A stretch of 64,000 nt of DNA from assembly GCA_964234715.1 (NCBI GenBank), contig OZ174282.1. One strand, written 5' to 3'. The notes below the pieces were generated by a model, which ran no database searches, was not told where the DNA came from, and saw only the letters and a program-made list of their open reading frames with translations. The translations under genes were made by a program, and so were the position numbers. This document shows positions 44,704 to 63,932 of this stretch, in pieces; position 1 is the first letter of the stretch; every line of letters starts with the position of its first letter. Origin of the DNA: Podarcis melisellensis (lineage: Eukaryota).

Positions 44704-44795
44704 CAACCTGGTGGTCTCCAGACATTGTTGGACTACAAGTCCCATCAGCGCTGACGGGAGCTTTAGTCCAACGACATCTGGAGACCACCAGGTTG
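44704..44795. mobile_element. Palindromic MITE of the high-copy 'GGACTACAACTCCC' family
   Basis: Perfect 19-bp inverted repeat CAACCTGGTGGTCTCCAGA / TCTGGAGACCACCAGGTTG; related copies at ~4500, 5930, 7245, 8700, 12600, 40590, 43480, 49640, 52370, 53020. Confidence 0.75.
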
Positions 44796-45110
44796 AAGAC
44801 TCTAGGATAGCAGTCCATCTTTTCTACCTTACTATGGTCCTGCTGCTGCAGACTAGGGCAGTGTCCTGCAGGATGGCCCTCAGCAGCACCATATCAAAGA
44901 TGCCTCCTGGGACCCACCCAACATTGCTGAGGTCCAATGGTGTATTCTGCACTCTTTAACCTGCCACAATGGCATTCTCAGGAAGGTGCCTTATTCTGAG
45001 TCATTCTGCCATCTCGCTCAGCACTGTAGACTACAGCTCCCAAGGTTTTCAGACGCAAGGGGTTTATTTCCTGCCAGACACAAAGATGCTGCTAATTGAA
45101 CCTCAGGCTA

Positions 45111-45712
45111 TGTTGATGGCCTGTAACTTGGAGCCAGAGGAGTCTCAGTCCACACTGGATCCTTTGCCTCAGGTGGCATCTGAACCAAGTCTGGGGCCTG
45201 ATTCTGAAGAGCCCCAGTCTGCACATGTTCCCCTGCAACAAGCACCAGCTGGGCCGAGTCAGGGGCCTGAGCCTGCCCTGGCTCCAGATGCTGGGATTAC
45301 CTCATTGCCTTCAGCTAGGCAATCACTTACAGCTGCTCCACTACCAATTGGGTCAGGAGAGGTTGAGGCGACCTCTGGGTCTAGTAACCCACCGACATCT
45401 CCCGAGCTGCAGAGGCTGAGGTCTGAGAGGAGAGACCTAAGTACTCACAGGAGGAGTGCTCACCTTCGGGTGAGACAGGGAGGTGAGTCACTGGGGGATC
45501 ATGACCCCGACAGAGATAAAAGGCTGCTGGACCCTGCCCCAGGCTGAGGGAGCAATGTTGCTGTTTGCCAGAACCTGCCTGTAATCCTGTGCCTTGCCTG
45601 GTTTCCTGCCTCGTGTCCTGCCTTGGCCCTGTCAGACTGACTCCTCGTGGAACCCTTGGATTTGGGACCAGACCTGGACCATGTTACTTGGCTTACCCCC
45701 GGGCCTAGCACA
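45111..45712 (+). mobile_element. Solo LTR (probably Gypsy-type), 602 bp, inserted into a SINE
   Basis: TG...CA termini (TGTTG...AGCACA), TSD GGCTA/GGCTG, TATA-like GATAAAA at 45515-45521; host SINE (ATTGAACCT...TGCAAAACATATGCTCTACCACT) resumes on both sides. Confidence 0.7.
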
Positions 45713-46349
45713 GGCTGCCTGCCTGCAAAACATATGCTCTACCACTAAGTTTATGACACTTCCCCTGGGAACACAAGAAGCCCCCATATACTGAGTCAGG
45801 CCATTGATCCATCTAGCTCAATATTGCTCACACTGATTGACAGCTCTCTGGGATTTCAGGCAGGTATCTCTCTCCCATACCTGGAGACACCAGGGAATGA
45901 ATCTGTTACCTTCCTCATGCATGGAGGTTTTAGTACCAACTCAAAATGTAAAGGGAAACTTTCTACCTACCACTTTAGGTTATTTTTCTATACATACATA
46001 ATTTGTGTATTATAAATGCACTGCAACAGGATGCACTTATATAGTGAAATCTTACTACTTAACATGAATAGAAACAAAAGAAAGCAAAATGAGAAACCCT
46101 TTCTCAAAGTCATAAGAGATATCTGATGTAACCACAGATGCCCCCGCAGCTATGTAAGTTGTTCACTAATGTAACGGCCTGGTAGGCTGGCTTTTGAGCA
46201 TATCCTTGCATATCCTTGGGAAGGGCTCTCTCGGGCCTCTTTTGCGAGACAGACTCCCTACACATCTAGAACTTTTATTCACTCCCTTTTTTCAGGACCT
46301 CGCAGGAAAAGCCCGAAGGAATACCTTCGTGCAAATCAATTAAATGAAA

Positions 46350-47480
46350 TGGGGCGGTGGCCGCGGAAAAGGGCTTCTGCCCTGATGTTTTTACATTAGT
46401 CAAAGACTGTCCGTAGTCGAGGTCTTGCTTGAGGGAGGACTGACAGCTGTCTTTGCTCGGGACTTGCGCGGTCTGCACTGCAGGGAAGCGGTCTGCTCCG
46501 AGCCAGGATGACGAACCCCCTTCCTTCTGTGAAGCGTATCTCCTTTTCAATTTGCAAGGGACCCGCAGGCCTTTCTGCAGCGGCGCCCCCTCCTGGGCCT
46601 TATAGGCGCCGCGGCTCCTCCGGGCCGCGCGGGGGCAGCAGCGGGCCGGTCCGCGCGGGCCGGTTTGGGCGACGCTCGTCGCTGGCCAAGGCTTGGCTGG
46701 GGGCGCCCCGCCGAGTTGCCATGTAGCGAGCCGAAGAAACGGCGCGTCCGGACCGGGCAGAGGCGCGGGCAGCCGGGCCGGGCCAGGCCGCATCCCCCCC
46801 ACCCACCCCCATGGGCGCGCAGGTAAGGGCCGCGGAGCGCAGGGGGCTCTTCCGGGTTTCTCCCCCTCGGGAAAGGGGGTCCCTGGGGTCGCGGAGTGGG
46901 GGGTGTTAGGCGCCTCCCTCTCTCGCTGCGCCCCTCGCCGCCGCCTCGGGTCTCCGGGGAGCCTCGGTTTCCCCGTCTGCCAACCTTTCAGGTCGATTGA
47001 GGCGGGGTAGGAAGCGGCTCGGGGTTGCTTGAGGACGCGGCTCCCCACCCCCACCCTCGAAAGTGGGAGGAAAAAACCCTGCACCTCCTTCCCCTCCCGC
47101 GCCTCGAGCTCTGGCTCTTCTGCTCCCCACGCAGGACCCTCTTCCCTCCTTCGACCCGGCGAGAGACTCCGCCGCCCGTGGGACACAGCAGGTCTTGAGC
47201 GTACAGCTTGGCTCACTTGCTGAAGCCCTCTGGTTTCGCTCCTGGTCGTGCCCTCCCTCTGGGACCGCCCTTCGCACCTCTCTCCCCCCCTCCAATAATA
47301 ATCCAGTTGTGGCCCCTTCTGATCTAGGGATCCCCTCCCAGGGATCTCTGCGTTTGTTTTCGTTGTTTTCACCCGCCCGAGGCCTCTCGCAGCCTCTTCC
47401 AAAAAAGCACGAATCTGAAAGCCAAAGCTTTAAAAAACCCGTTTCAAAACGTACGCCACACGAAAGAGAAAGGACGCGGA
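46350..47480 (+). promoter_or_regulatory. DEF8 CpG-island promoter with candidate first exon ending at 46822 (CAG|GTAAGG)
   Basis: Very CpG-dense tract ~3.4 kb upstream of the DEF8 ATG; consensus donor at 46823. Confidence 0.75.
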
Positions 47481-47948
47481 AGGCCATTTAGGGCTGAAAA
47501 ACCTCATTCCCCCTGCCCTGAAAGTGTGGTTTAATATCCAGATACACTCTGGTCCCAGGTGGCAGTAGGGGGTTGCCTTTGGGGCTCCTCTCTAGGCTCT
47601 GCAGGTCCCCATTTCTGCTCCCCTGATTCTCACAGCCCACCAGCAAAGCCAAGACACTCAGTCCCGGGCACTTCCTCAGTTGCCTCTCTGCCTTCTGCAC
47701 CTGTTCTTTCATGCTGCTTTGGGTACCTGGAAATGCCCTCTGTGCCAACTTTTGCTGCTGCACCAAGTATACATGTGTGCATGTGGTGAGCACCTTGGAC
47801 ACAACAGCCTCATGTGATCGGTAGGTGCAGAATGTAGGACAAAGGGTGCTTTCTAGCTATGGTAATGGGTTTACTGGTACACTGGCCTTGCCATCTGATT
47901 ATCTACAGAAAAGTAGGCTAAGACAAGAGCCCACCAGTTGCTTTGGCA

Positions 47949-48140
47949 GGAAAGGTCATTGCTCAGTGGTTAGAGCATCTGCTTTGCATGCAGAAGACCC
48001 CAGGTCCAATCCCTGATGGTATCTCCAGGGAGGGATGCAAAAGGCTCCTTAATCTGAGCTCTTGGATAGCAGCTGCCAATCAGTGTAGACAGTATAGAGC
48101 CAGTTGTATCAATGGTCTTACTCCTTTGTATATTCCTATA
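47949..48140 (+). mobile_element. tRNA-headed SINE with CR1-like tail
   Basis: GCTCAGTGGTTAGAGCATCTGCTTTGCATGCAGAAG...CCAGGTCCAATCCC (A/B boxes) followed by a non-tRNA body. Confidence 0.65.
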
Positions 48141-50002
48141 AGCGTGCAACCAACAGTGCCATACCAGGTGTTTTGCACTACAGTTTTCATTAGGCTCAGT
48201 GAGCACTGGTGTTGCTGGCATCTGGAGGGCACCAAGTTGATGAAGGCTGGTTTAATGTGTTCTTCAAGGTATAATGTTATATATAGCACAAATTGAGGTA
48301 TTTCATCAGGTTTACTCATTTTTCAAAAAGAAAAAGATTTTAAAGTCAGCCAGATTCCCCCCCCCCCCCGTTGCTTATATATTATTTTGTTTATTTTGCT
48401 ATTTATAGATTGCCTTTCAGGCTGTTCACATCACATTAAAGACACAAAATTATACAACCCTGAGGTTGTAAATGTTAAATTCTGTACACCTAGAAAACTA
48501 AAACAGCAGCATCTAAAAAAACAACAAAAACAACCAGCAGAATAAAACTGAGCTGGAAGCAGGAGGTTTTTATTTTTTTTAAAAAATGCCTTAGAACAAA
48601 GCAAACATCACTTTTCTAAAGTGATGTGGACAATCTTAGAGCTCAATTATCAATGTCTTCATGATGAAAAAAAGGCTTCTTGGATTCTATTTGAGTTGTT
48701 TCCGGTGGTTAGTAAAGGGAAGGTGCTAATAGCCCAACAAAGTGAAGATGATGTCATTTTAAAGGCTCCTTAGAGCATGAGACAGAAGGGAAGAGCAGCT
48801 AATGGAAGGTTCTCATATATGCACTTAAATCTCAGTAGGGAAGTTGGAACAGAATGGTAAAAAGAGATTTGTACAATAACATGCTTGGAAATCTGTATTT
48901 CTTTCATAATAGTTATCCTAATAATGATAATAATTTTTGTGTGGCTGTCACCCTACCAATTGATTCCTTGCCATCAAGGGACAATGAGACAGGGCTGATT
49001 GATGTCATGCTGGTTTCAAATTCATTTAGCTGGCTTTCTTACTAGCCCTTCTCTGAGGGTCCCTAGATAACCATCAGTGGTCATGTGATGTTATGGACAA
49101 CTCCATTGCTGGAGGCTCCAATTCCCAAAGAGGAAGGCTAAGCATGGTTACATATAAAAAGTAGCCTCTCAAGCAAGTGTGGTTGTATGCAGTCCGGGTG
49201 GTCTTGGCCATGTGAACCAATCTTCATCAACAGTGTTAGAAACTGGGATAGAAAACCTAGGAGCCAAATGGCTTCCGGGTTGTGGGCACTTTTAATTTAT
49301 TATTTTGATAAGCATGAGCTCATATGAAATTCACATAAGTGACACATTGTTAATGTAACATTTTAGCAGAAATTGTTAATACATGTTTAATTTGGTGTTT
49401 ACAATAAAAATATTGGTACCATACTTCAGTTTTCAAAATATTCTACTCTTTATTGTTAAACTCCTTTACATATTGTCTATCCTTAACATATACTTCAAGG
49501 CTTCAAAGCACGTTCATTTCAGTAATCCTTAAGTGTCAGCCAGGCGCAAAGAATGGCATCCAGACTTTTTGAGGTGCTCGCAAATGGGGAATCTTTCGGT
49601 GCAAAATGTGCCTGGTGCCCTGCTAATTTTGAACCCCGTTCCTCAACCTGGTGGGCTCTGGGTCTTTTGGATTACAACTACCATCAGTCCCAGCCAGCAC
49701 AGCACAAAGGATTGTATTCAACTAAGGCCTACTCAGAGTACACCCATTATAATTGGTGGTAATGTCCATTAATTTTGAGGGGCCTACAGTGAGTAGAGTG
49801 GTAGCAAATATGACCACGAATGTCTGAAGGGCACCAGGTTGGGGAAGTTTGATATAGACTCAAAGTGGCCAAAGTTTGCCTAGCTGTGCTGTCCACTGGA
49901 GTTCTTGGGGATTCCAGGAAGGAACTGGCAGTGACATCATTGTGCAGGAAGGGATGACACCTGACTGATGCACAGGAGCTGCCCTGCTGGATGCCTGCAT
50001 GA

Positions 50003-57717
<7,715 letters not shown>

Positions 57718-58502
57718 AGGTGCCTTTCCTTGGCTGGAGGGAGATGGCACAAAGGCACATGGCAAGCCCAGGATGCTGGGTTTCACCTGTACTTGCCTGG
57801 GAGGAGGTCAGCCCAGATTGGCAAGGAGGAGCACCTTCACAGGAGTGCAACTGGAAATGGCTTCTCTAAAGGTTCCGGGAAATGATGCTGCAGGACAAGT
57901 GTCCTAGACTCTCTCTCACTAGAAGAGCCTTTGAGACTGCTCAGTACATCAGACTTTGCAGACTCTCCCTACCTGAAATCATGAGACTGAGCACTGTCCT
58001 CACAGGACACAGGTTTTTGGGTGTGAGGAGGACAAGCTTTTGGGCCAGGGTTTATTCATGGCAGATCCTGCTAGGCTGAAAAACATTGGAGAAAGGGCCG
58101 ACTGACTGTGATGCGAAACACTTCCTAGCAGCTTTCCTCGGCTGTTGCTTATTAACGCCACCGCTCTATGCTGGCACATGACATTGAGAGTGCCCCTGTG
58201 GCTTTCGTTTTGACAGTGATACATCAGCGTGGAAGATGATCCGAGGCAGGTGGGCTTAGGGATGATATGATATCTGGAATTCATTCCCTCTAACTTAGAT
58301 GCATAAAGTATCTGTGCTGGAGATCGGGTATGTGGGAGAGAAGATGCCCTTTTCTCCTTCACCATCCCCATGGCTTTTGGTGATGGCAACACAAGGACTG
58401 GATGGATGATGAACTTGGAACAGACCCCAACAGCCAGTGAGACCAGACTGGAGTGGGGCACTTCAACCACAGTAATTTATCACGAGCACTAAAATCACTT
58501 TA

Positions 58503-58508
58503 AATAAA
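58503..58508 (+). terminator. Candidate DEF8 polyadenylation signal
   Basis: AATAAA ~790 nt after the stop. Confidence 0.6.
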
Positions 58509-58953
58509 GCCGTGTGAAACTCTGGCTGCATTACTATGACTTTAAATTCTGCCTGCACAGACCTTGTCTTCTGCAAATATGTTACCTTCCTTTCCCTCTC
58601 CTGGAAGGCTTCAATGTTGCATCCTCTGGAGCTATTCAAGACAGTTTATGGCCAAACATAACATGAGGGCAGATAGTTAGTGCCAATACTTATTAAGATA
58701 AATTAACTTGAGATCACATGTCCAAGTAACGGAGACCATGTTGTAAAATGTCATGCATATGTGGTAGTTACCTGCTTTTCATTCTTGGGGTGTCCTTAGC
58801 CCCTTTGTCTCTATCTGAACTAAGGAGCTTCAGGTGCAAGGAAGTTGCAAATACAACGGGTTCATCTTTACTATGTGTACAGCTCAGTAACTTGCAACTG
58901 AACCTGTAAATTGTGTTAACCGTAACATGATATTATTCAGTGTGGTGAATTGA

Positions 58954-59205
58954 GAGAGCCAGTGTGGTATAGTGGTTAAGAGCAGCGGACTCATAATCTG
59001 GTAAACCGAGTTCAATTTCCCACTCCTCCACATGCAGCTGCTGGGTCACCTTGGGCTAGTCACACTTCTCTGAAGTCTCTCAGCCTCACTCACCTCACAG
59101 AGTATTTGTTGAGGGGGAGGAAGGGAAAGGAGAATGTTAGCCGCTTTGAGACTCCTTAGGGTAGTGATAAAGTGGGATATCAAATCCAAACTCTTCTTCT
59201 TCTTC
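58954..59205 (+). mobile_element. Full-length Squam3-like SINE with (CTT)n tail
   Basis: GAGAGCCAGTGTGGTATAGTGGTTAAGAGC (A box) ... GAGTTCAATTTCC (B box) ... CTCTTCTTCTTCTTC tail. Confidence 0.8.
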
Positions 59206-60278
59206 AGTGGTCTGAAAGCTCCAAGTGATCTGTTGTAGCTGTTTCATAAATGTAAGTCCATAGCTGATAAGTAGGCATGTGCAAGTTCAGCTTGAATTAT
59301 AGATGGATTGTAGAGGGATGTGGGAAGAGGAAACATGGGTTTCAACTTCTATTAGTTGGTTGAACAGAGAGTTATTTTAACATCACAAAGCTGCTATTAT
59401 CCTAGGCTCAGCCAAGCAGGTACCACAATAGTCCTGCTCCCTTTGGCTTAATACCACAACACAGTGTTACCAAAAATCTTTCCTTGCCCTACCACAACCA
59501 ATTGGACATACTAGGGCAGAAGGGACGAGGTACATAGGAGATTTAGCAGCCAGGTAAGAACCAAAGAGTCCTGCTCCCAACTGACAAAATGGCTATCTAG
59601 ACCATCATATAGTTTCTCACAGTAACTAATTATATGCTTCTTGAAAGCCCACAAGCATGAAATAAGCACAAGAGCACTCTCCCTACTTGTGCTCCCCAGC
59701 AACTGGTGTTCAGAGGCTGAGCACTTCCAGTATTGGGCTAGTCCCCAGGCATAATGGTTGGTAGCCACTGGTAGCCTTATTCTCCATTTGTCTAATCTGC
59801 TTTCAAAGCCATCTTTGTTGGTTGCCATTGCTACCATCTTGTTTTAGCAGATTCTAGAGTATTAAAGTACACTGAAATGTGAGCAGTGAGAGCTTTTGTA
59901 ACATGAGGCAGAAGATCTTGATTCTATGTAACTCTGAGCGAGTCCTATGTACTGGATTCCTAGTTCATAGCATTCTTGACACAACCTCCCCCATAGTCTC
60001 TGGCTGACAATGTGAGGGTAAAATGTGGGTGCTGCTGTATCTCCAGCTGATACAGGAAAAAGATGGAAAGACATACTGGCCTGAGAAGCCAAGCAGAGGG
60101 ATTCCTGAGCAAGGGCTGATGGTTAGGGAATGCTCATTATGCCTTGGATATTTTCTGTTTCAAGGCTGACCCTGGACCATTTGAATTAATGAAAAAAATC
60201 TGCCTCTGCATAGCTGCATAGTAAATTTCCCCGAATACTGAGTAGTCATAATTAGAAAGGTTGCCACAACTTCAGATC

Positions 60279-60427
60279 TTCAGGTATCTGAAGAAGTGTG
60301 CATGCACACAAAAGTTCATACCAAGAACAAACTTAGTTGGTCTCTAAGGTGCTACTGGACAATTTATTTATTTATTTTTATATACTGTATTTCTACTGCG
60401 TCAGACCAAAACGGCTACCTACCTGAA
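60279..60427 (+). mobile_element. Penelope-like element terminal fragment (copy 2) with mutated hammerhead motif
   Basis: Homologous to 28559-28698; GGTAT-CTGAAGA-A-GTGTGCATGCACAC-AAAA-GTTC-ATACC (GAAA changed to AAAA); ends bounded by inverted TTCAGGTA / TACCTGAA. Confidence 0.7.
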
Positions 60428-60559
60428 ATCCACATCTGCATAAATAGGTTTGGGGTGGGGAGATGTACTCCTCACCCCAGTAAAATGCCTCAAGAAATTA
60501 GCATTTCACGTGTACTAAAGCCATTATTTCGCCTTTCATCCGCTGGGCTCTGACAAAAT

Positions 60560-61300
60560 TTTCTGGTATACGCGGCCAAATTCAATCCCGGAACTACATG
60601 TCACCACATTACGATGCTGCAGCCTGTTTTCTTGGTTACACAAGTTGGTTCACATACCTCCTATACGTTAGTGAGAAACGAGAACTATAGCGCCTGCGCA
60701 GTGCAAGCCCGTAAGATAAACAAAAAGCGCATGCGCTTACGGCGCCTGACTGATAGGACAATAATGGCTCATCGGCTGGCGGCGGCGGTTTTATCGCCAC
60801 CTTTGGCCGCCTTGTGGAGAGGCCACTGCCACAGCCGCGGACTTGCGAAGTTGGTACCGGTCCGGCAGGTGAGGAAAAGGCGGGTGCTGTTTTGTGTGTT
60901 GCACTGTCGTAAATACAACGGCGCCCTCCCTCTGTTCCCCATAATGGTCTGAGTTAAGAATGGTGGTCGCTGGTTATGTCATCGCCGCGCGCCAGCGCTT
61001 CCATGACAGGTATAGGCCATATTCAGTGGGCGTGGTCAGAACGCGCCTCATGTAACCGGGCTCTGGATTGGCAGAGAAGGAGAAGCGTGATTTGTATGGT
61101 GACATTAGAGTTGCGGATTGGCTAGAGATGTGTGCAAGTGCTTTGGATAGCAGTCAGTGGGCTACACTGCAGGGTTGCTGTTAAGCTGCTCAGCGAAGTA
61201 GGGCTGATTTCTGAGCGCACAGGATCCCGATGTTAGCCGTGCGCTTCTGCGTGCGCAATATGCCGATGTTTAAGTATGGACCACGCGCCCTTCCTGAGCT
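60560..61300 (+). promoter_or_regulatory. AFG3L1 CpG-island promoter with NRF1 motifs
   Basis: GCGCCTGCGCA (60690-60700) and GCGCATGCGC (60727-60736), ETS CCGGAA (~60588); typical of nuclear genes for mitochondrial proteins. Confidence 0.7.
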
Positions 61301-63932
61301 CCCCACTGCTCAGCAATAGTAGGCCACACAGCAAGGAGGATATCTTATGCCTGTTAATACATGCCCCTATCTCAACTGTAGCTGTCTTCCTTCTTCAACA
61401 TGGGAATAATTACCCTTTAATGCCCCTGAACTATGGGGATCATGGCACAAAGTCTTTCCTATAGGACTAGCACAAGCCACTCTCAGCTTCACCCTAGGCT
61501 GCACACTGGCAGAGACCCTCCCATGGACTTTTCCTGGGATAATGCTAGTTTTCAGCTTCTGGTTTTAGAATTCCTGGTGCACAAACTATTCTGCATACAG
61601 AACTTTATGGATACTTGGTTTTGAGGCCTTTCTGGCCACTGTGTTGCATATTTGTACCTTTGACCTTGCTCAAAAGAAAGGAGGAGGAACCCTTGCTGGC
61701 CCTCAGGAAACCAATGCCGCCCTTTGCTCTTTTCAGTGGTGTGAGAGAGGCCATCCAGGATGTGGCATGTCCTTCCATCACTGGCTGTGCTCCAAGCCTG
61801 AAGGTATGTGACTCCAGCAGAAAAGGGCTGGCGCTTCTTGTTTGTGACTCTGTTGAGAAGAAGAATGTCATGAGATTTTTTTCCTGCTTAATTGTAGAGC
61901 ACATTATTTGCATATAGTAGGTCTCAACTTCCATTTCTGGTACATCCCTTTAAAATAATCTCAGGCAGCAAGGCTGGCAAAAACATTTGGTGGTGCCCTT
62001 GAAGCCTGCTGTCAATCATGATAGACAGCCTCAGCCGTCATCACTGAAGCTTTTCTTCAGGCAGGTTTATACTTACTGACTTACCAGCCTCCCATCAAGC
62101 TCTAAGTGTATTGTGTGGGCATAGAAGGTTGATATTGAGGCACTTCTGGTCATTTCAGCGTTAGGGAAGTAGAGCATTGTGGCAGCGGTGGGGACCTTGT
62201 CGTGTAGTATAGAGGCTAGAAAGAATAAGACTGAACCTGTCAACAGTGAGATATGTTTTTGTCCTGCAGGCTTTGAGAAGAAAGATGAAAAGAGACAGGG
62301 TCCAACAGAGGCAGCCCCTGATAATAAAGGTAAGCACCTTCTTTTCCATGGCTCGGTTATAGAGCATCTGCTCTTCACGCAGAAAATCCCAGGTTTGATT
62401 CCTGGCATTATTCTCCATGTAGGGCGGGAAACGCTGTCTGCACAAAACCAGAGTGCCGCTGTCTAGTGGTGCAAACAGTCCTGAGTGAGATGGACCTTCA
62501 GTGGTCTGGCTCAGTACAAGGCAGCTTCCTTTGTTCCTATGTTCTTCCCCCTCATTTACTTCCCTAAAGTTGGTGAATGCCTCCCATTCCGAAAACTGGT
62601 CCATCTCTCATAAATCTCCCCAACCTGTTCTGCTCCCCCTCTACAATGCAGCCAGAAGCCTTTTAAAGCCTAACGTATAAGCATTTCTATTTTTTCTCTC
62701 CTTCCTAGAGCCTATCGGCTCCAAAAATCCCAGTCTTCCCAAAAATACCCGGGGAAGCAGTGGTGGAGAAGGCAAGAGAGGAAGGAAAGATGAGGATTTG
62801 GGGTGGTGGAATCACATGCAGAAGGTATGTGACCATTTTCTCTGTTGCATTTATGTCACTGAAATGTCCTAAAGCTGCTGGAATCGGGGATGGCTAAAGC
62901 AGAAAAGAAAAATGACACAATGATAGCAGCCATATTAATTACCTACTTTTTGCCCCCAGGGAGAGTTCCCTTGGGATAATAAGGACTCCCGGTACCTGAT
63001 TGTCATGGGAGCTGGCATCCTCACAGGGTTCTTCTACCTCTACTACCGAGATCCAGGCAGAGAAATCAGCTGGAAGCACTTTGTGCATTACTACCTGGCC
63101 AAAGGACTGGTAAGGCAACATGTGGCAGGCCATCCTCTTGCTGGGGGCGGAGGGCAGCTCATGTATGTATGTATTCTATTCTATTCTAGCAGTAAAGTGT
63201 AGGCACCTGGAGGAGACATTAGGAGCAGGAGAGTAAATAGGGGTGATTGCCCTTTGCTAGGAGTTCTCTGCGGCCACAACATACCATTTTGTACTCAAGT
63301 GAAGCTCCACCCAGAAAGATTCACTCTCACTCTTTCTGGCCCTGTCCACACCATAGATTTAAAGCACTCTTATACCACTTTAACAGTCACAGCTCTCCCC
63401 CCCCCCCCGATATATGGTGTAGATGTGACCTCTCCTTCCTTCCTTCCTTCCTTCCTTCCTTCCTTCCTTCCTTCCTTCCTTCCTTCCTTCCTTCCTCTTA
63501 AGGTGGATCGACTGGAAGTGGTGAACAAGCAGTTTGTCCGGGTGTTCCCAATCCCTGGCGCCACCTCAGAGGTAAATAATTCCAGGGGACAGAGGGATGA
63601 GGTGGAGAAAGACAGTGGATGCCCACAATCACTGCTCCAGTCTGCCACAGTTAGACCTTTGGAAGAAAAGCTGTGTGTGTTTAAGGCACAGCAGTCTGGT
63701 GGCAAGAGGGTTGGGTCCATAGAGGTCCCTTTCACACCTGAAACAAGAGAAGGCTCTGTGTATGCCAGGGGGCATGAAAAATCAACACCTGTCCTTGGTT
63801 GCCACAGAAGCACATCTGGTTCAATATTGGCAGTGTGGATACCTTTGAACGAAACCTAGAGGCTGCTCAGCTGGAGCTGGGGATCAGCAGCGCCCAACAA
63901 GTGTCTGTGGTCTACAGCACCGAGAGTGATGG
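60764..63932 (+). CDS. AFG3L1: AFG3-like m-AAA mitochondrial protease subunit 1, 5' part (7 exons; gene continues beyond the window)
   Basis: Exons 60764-60868, 61737-61803, 62270-62329, 62709-62824, 62960-63109, 63503-63571, 63808-63932, open and in phase. [74 protein letters not shown] match recalled mouse Afg3l1 better than AFG3L2; position after DEF8 matches the human AFG3L1P locus. Confidence 0.88.
62345..62545 (+). mobile_element. tRNA-headed SINE with CR1-like tail in AFG3L1 intron 3
   Basis: Same family as 47949-48140; GGCAGCTTCCTTTGTTCCTATGTTC tail. Confidence 0.6.
63433..63496. repeat. (TCCT)16 microsatellite forming the polypyrimidine tract of AFG3L1 exon 6
   Basis: Seen directly; ends 6 nt before the exon start at 63503. 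Confidence 0.95.

Noticed and set aside
44704-44795. Long hairpin as a microRNA gene
   Set aside because: Member of a multi-copy palindromic MITE family; no evidence of processing.
44969-45547. 192-aa ORF as a novel gene
   Set aside because: Starts in a SINE relic and runs through a solo LTR; low complexity; no exon structure or domain.
46275-47487. 375-aa and 193-aa minus-strand ORFs
   Set aside because: Arg/Gly/Pro-rich translations of the DEF8 CpG island; no homology recognised.
47955-48030. tRNA-like sequences (also ~58955, ~62345, ~1840-1911)
   Set aside because: A/B boxes are present but there is no closed cloverleaf, and each continues into a repeat body; these are SINE heads, not tRNA genes.
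63254-63859. 201-aa ORF with (PSFL)n repeat
   Set aside because: Translation of the intronic (TCCT)16 microsatellite fused to AFG3L1 exon 6.
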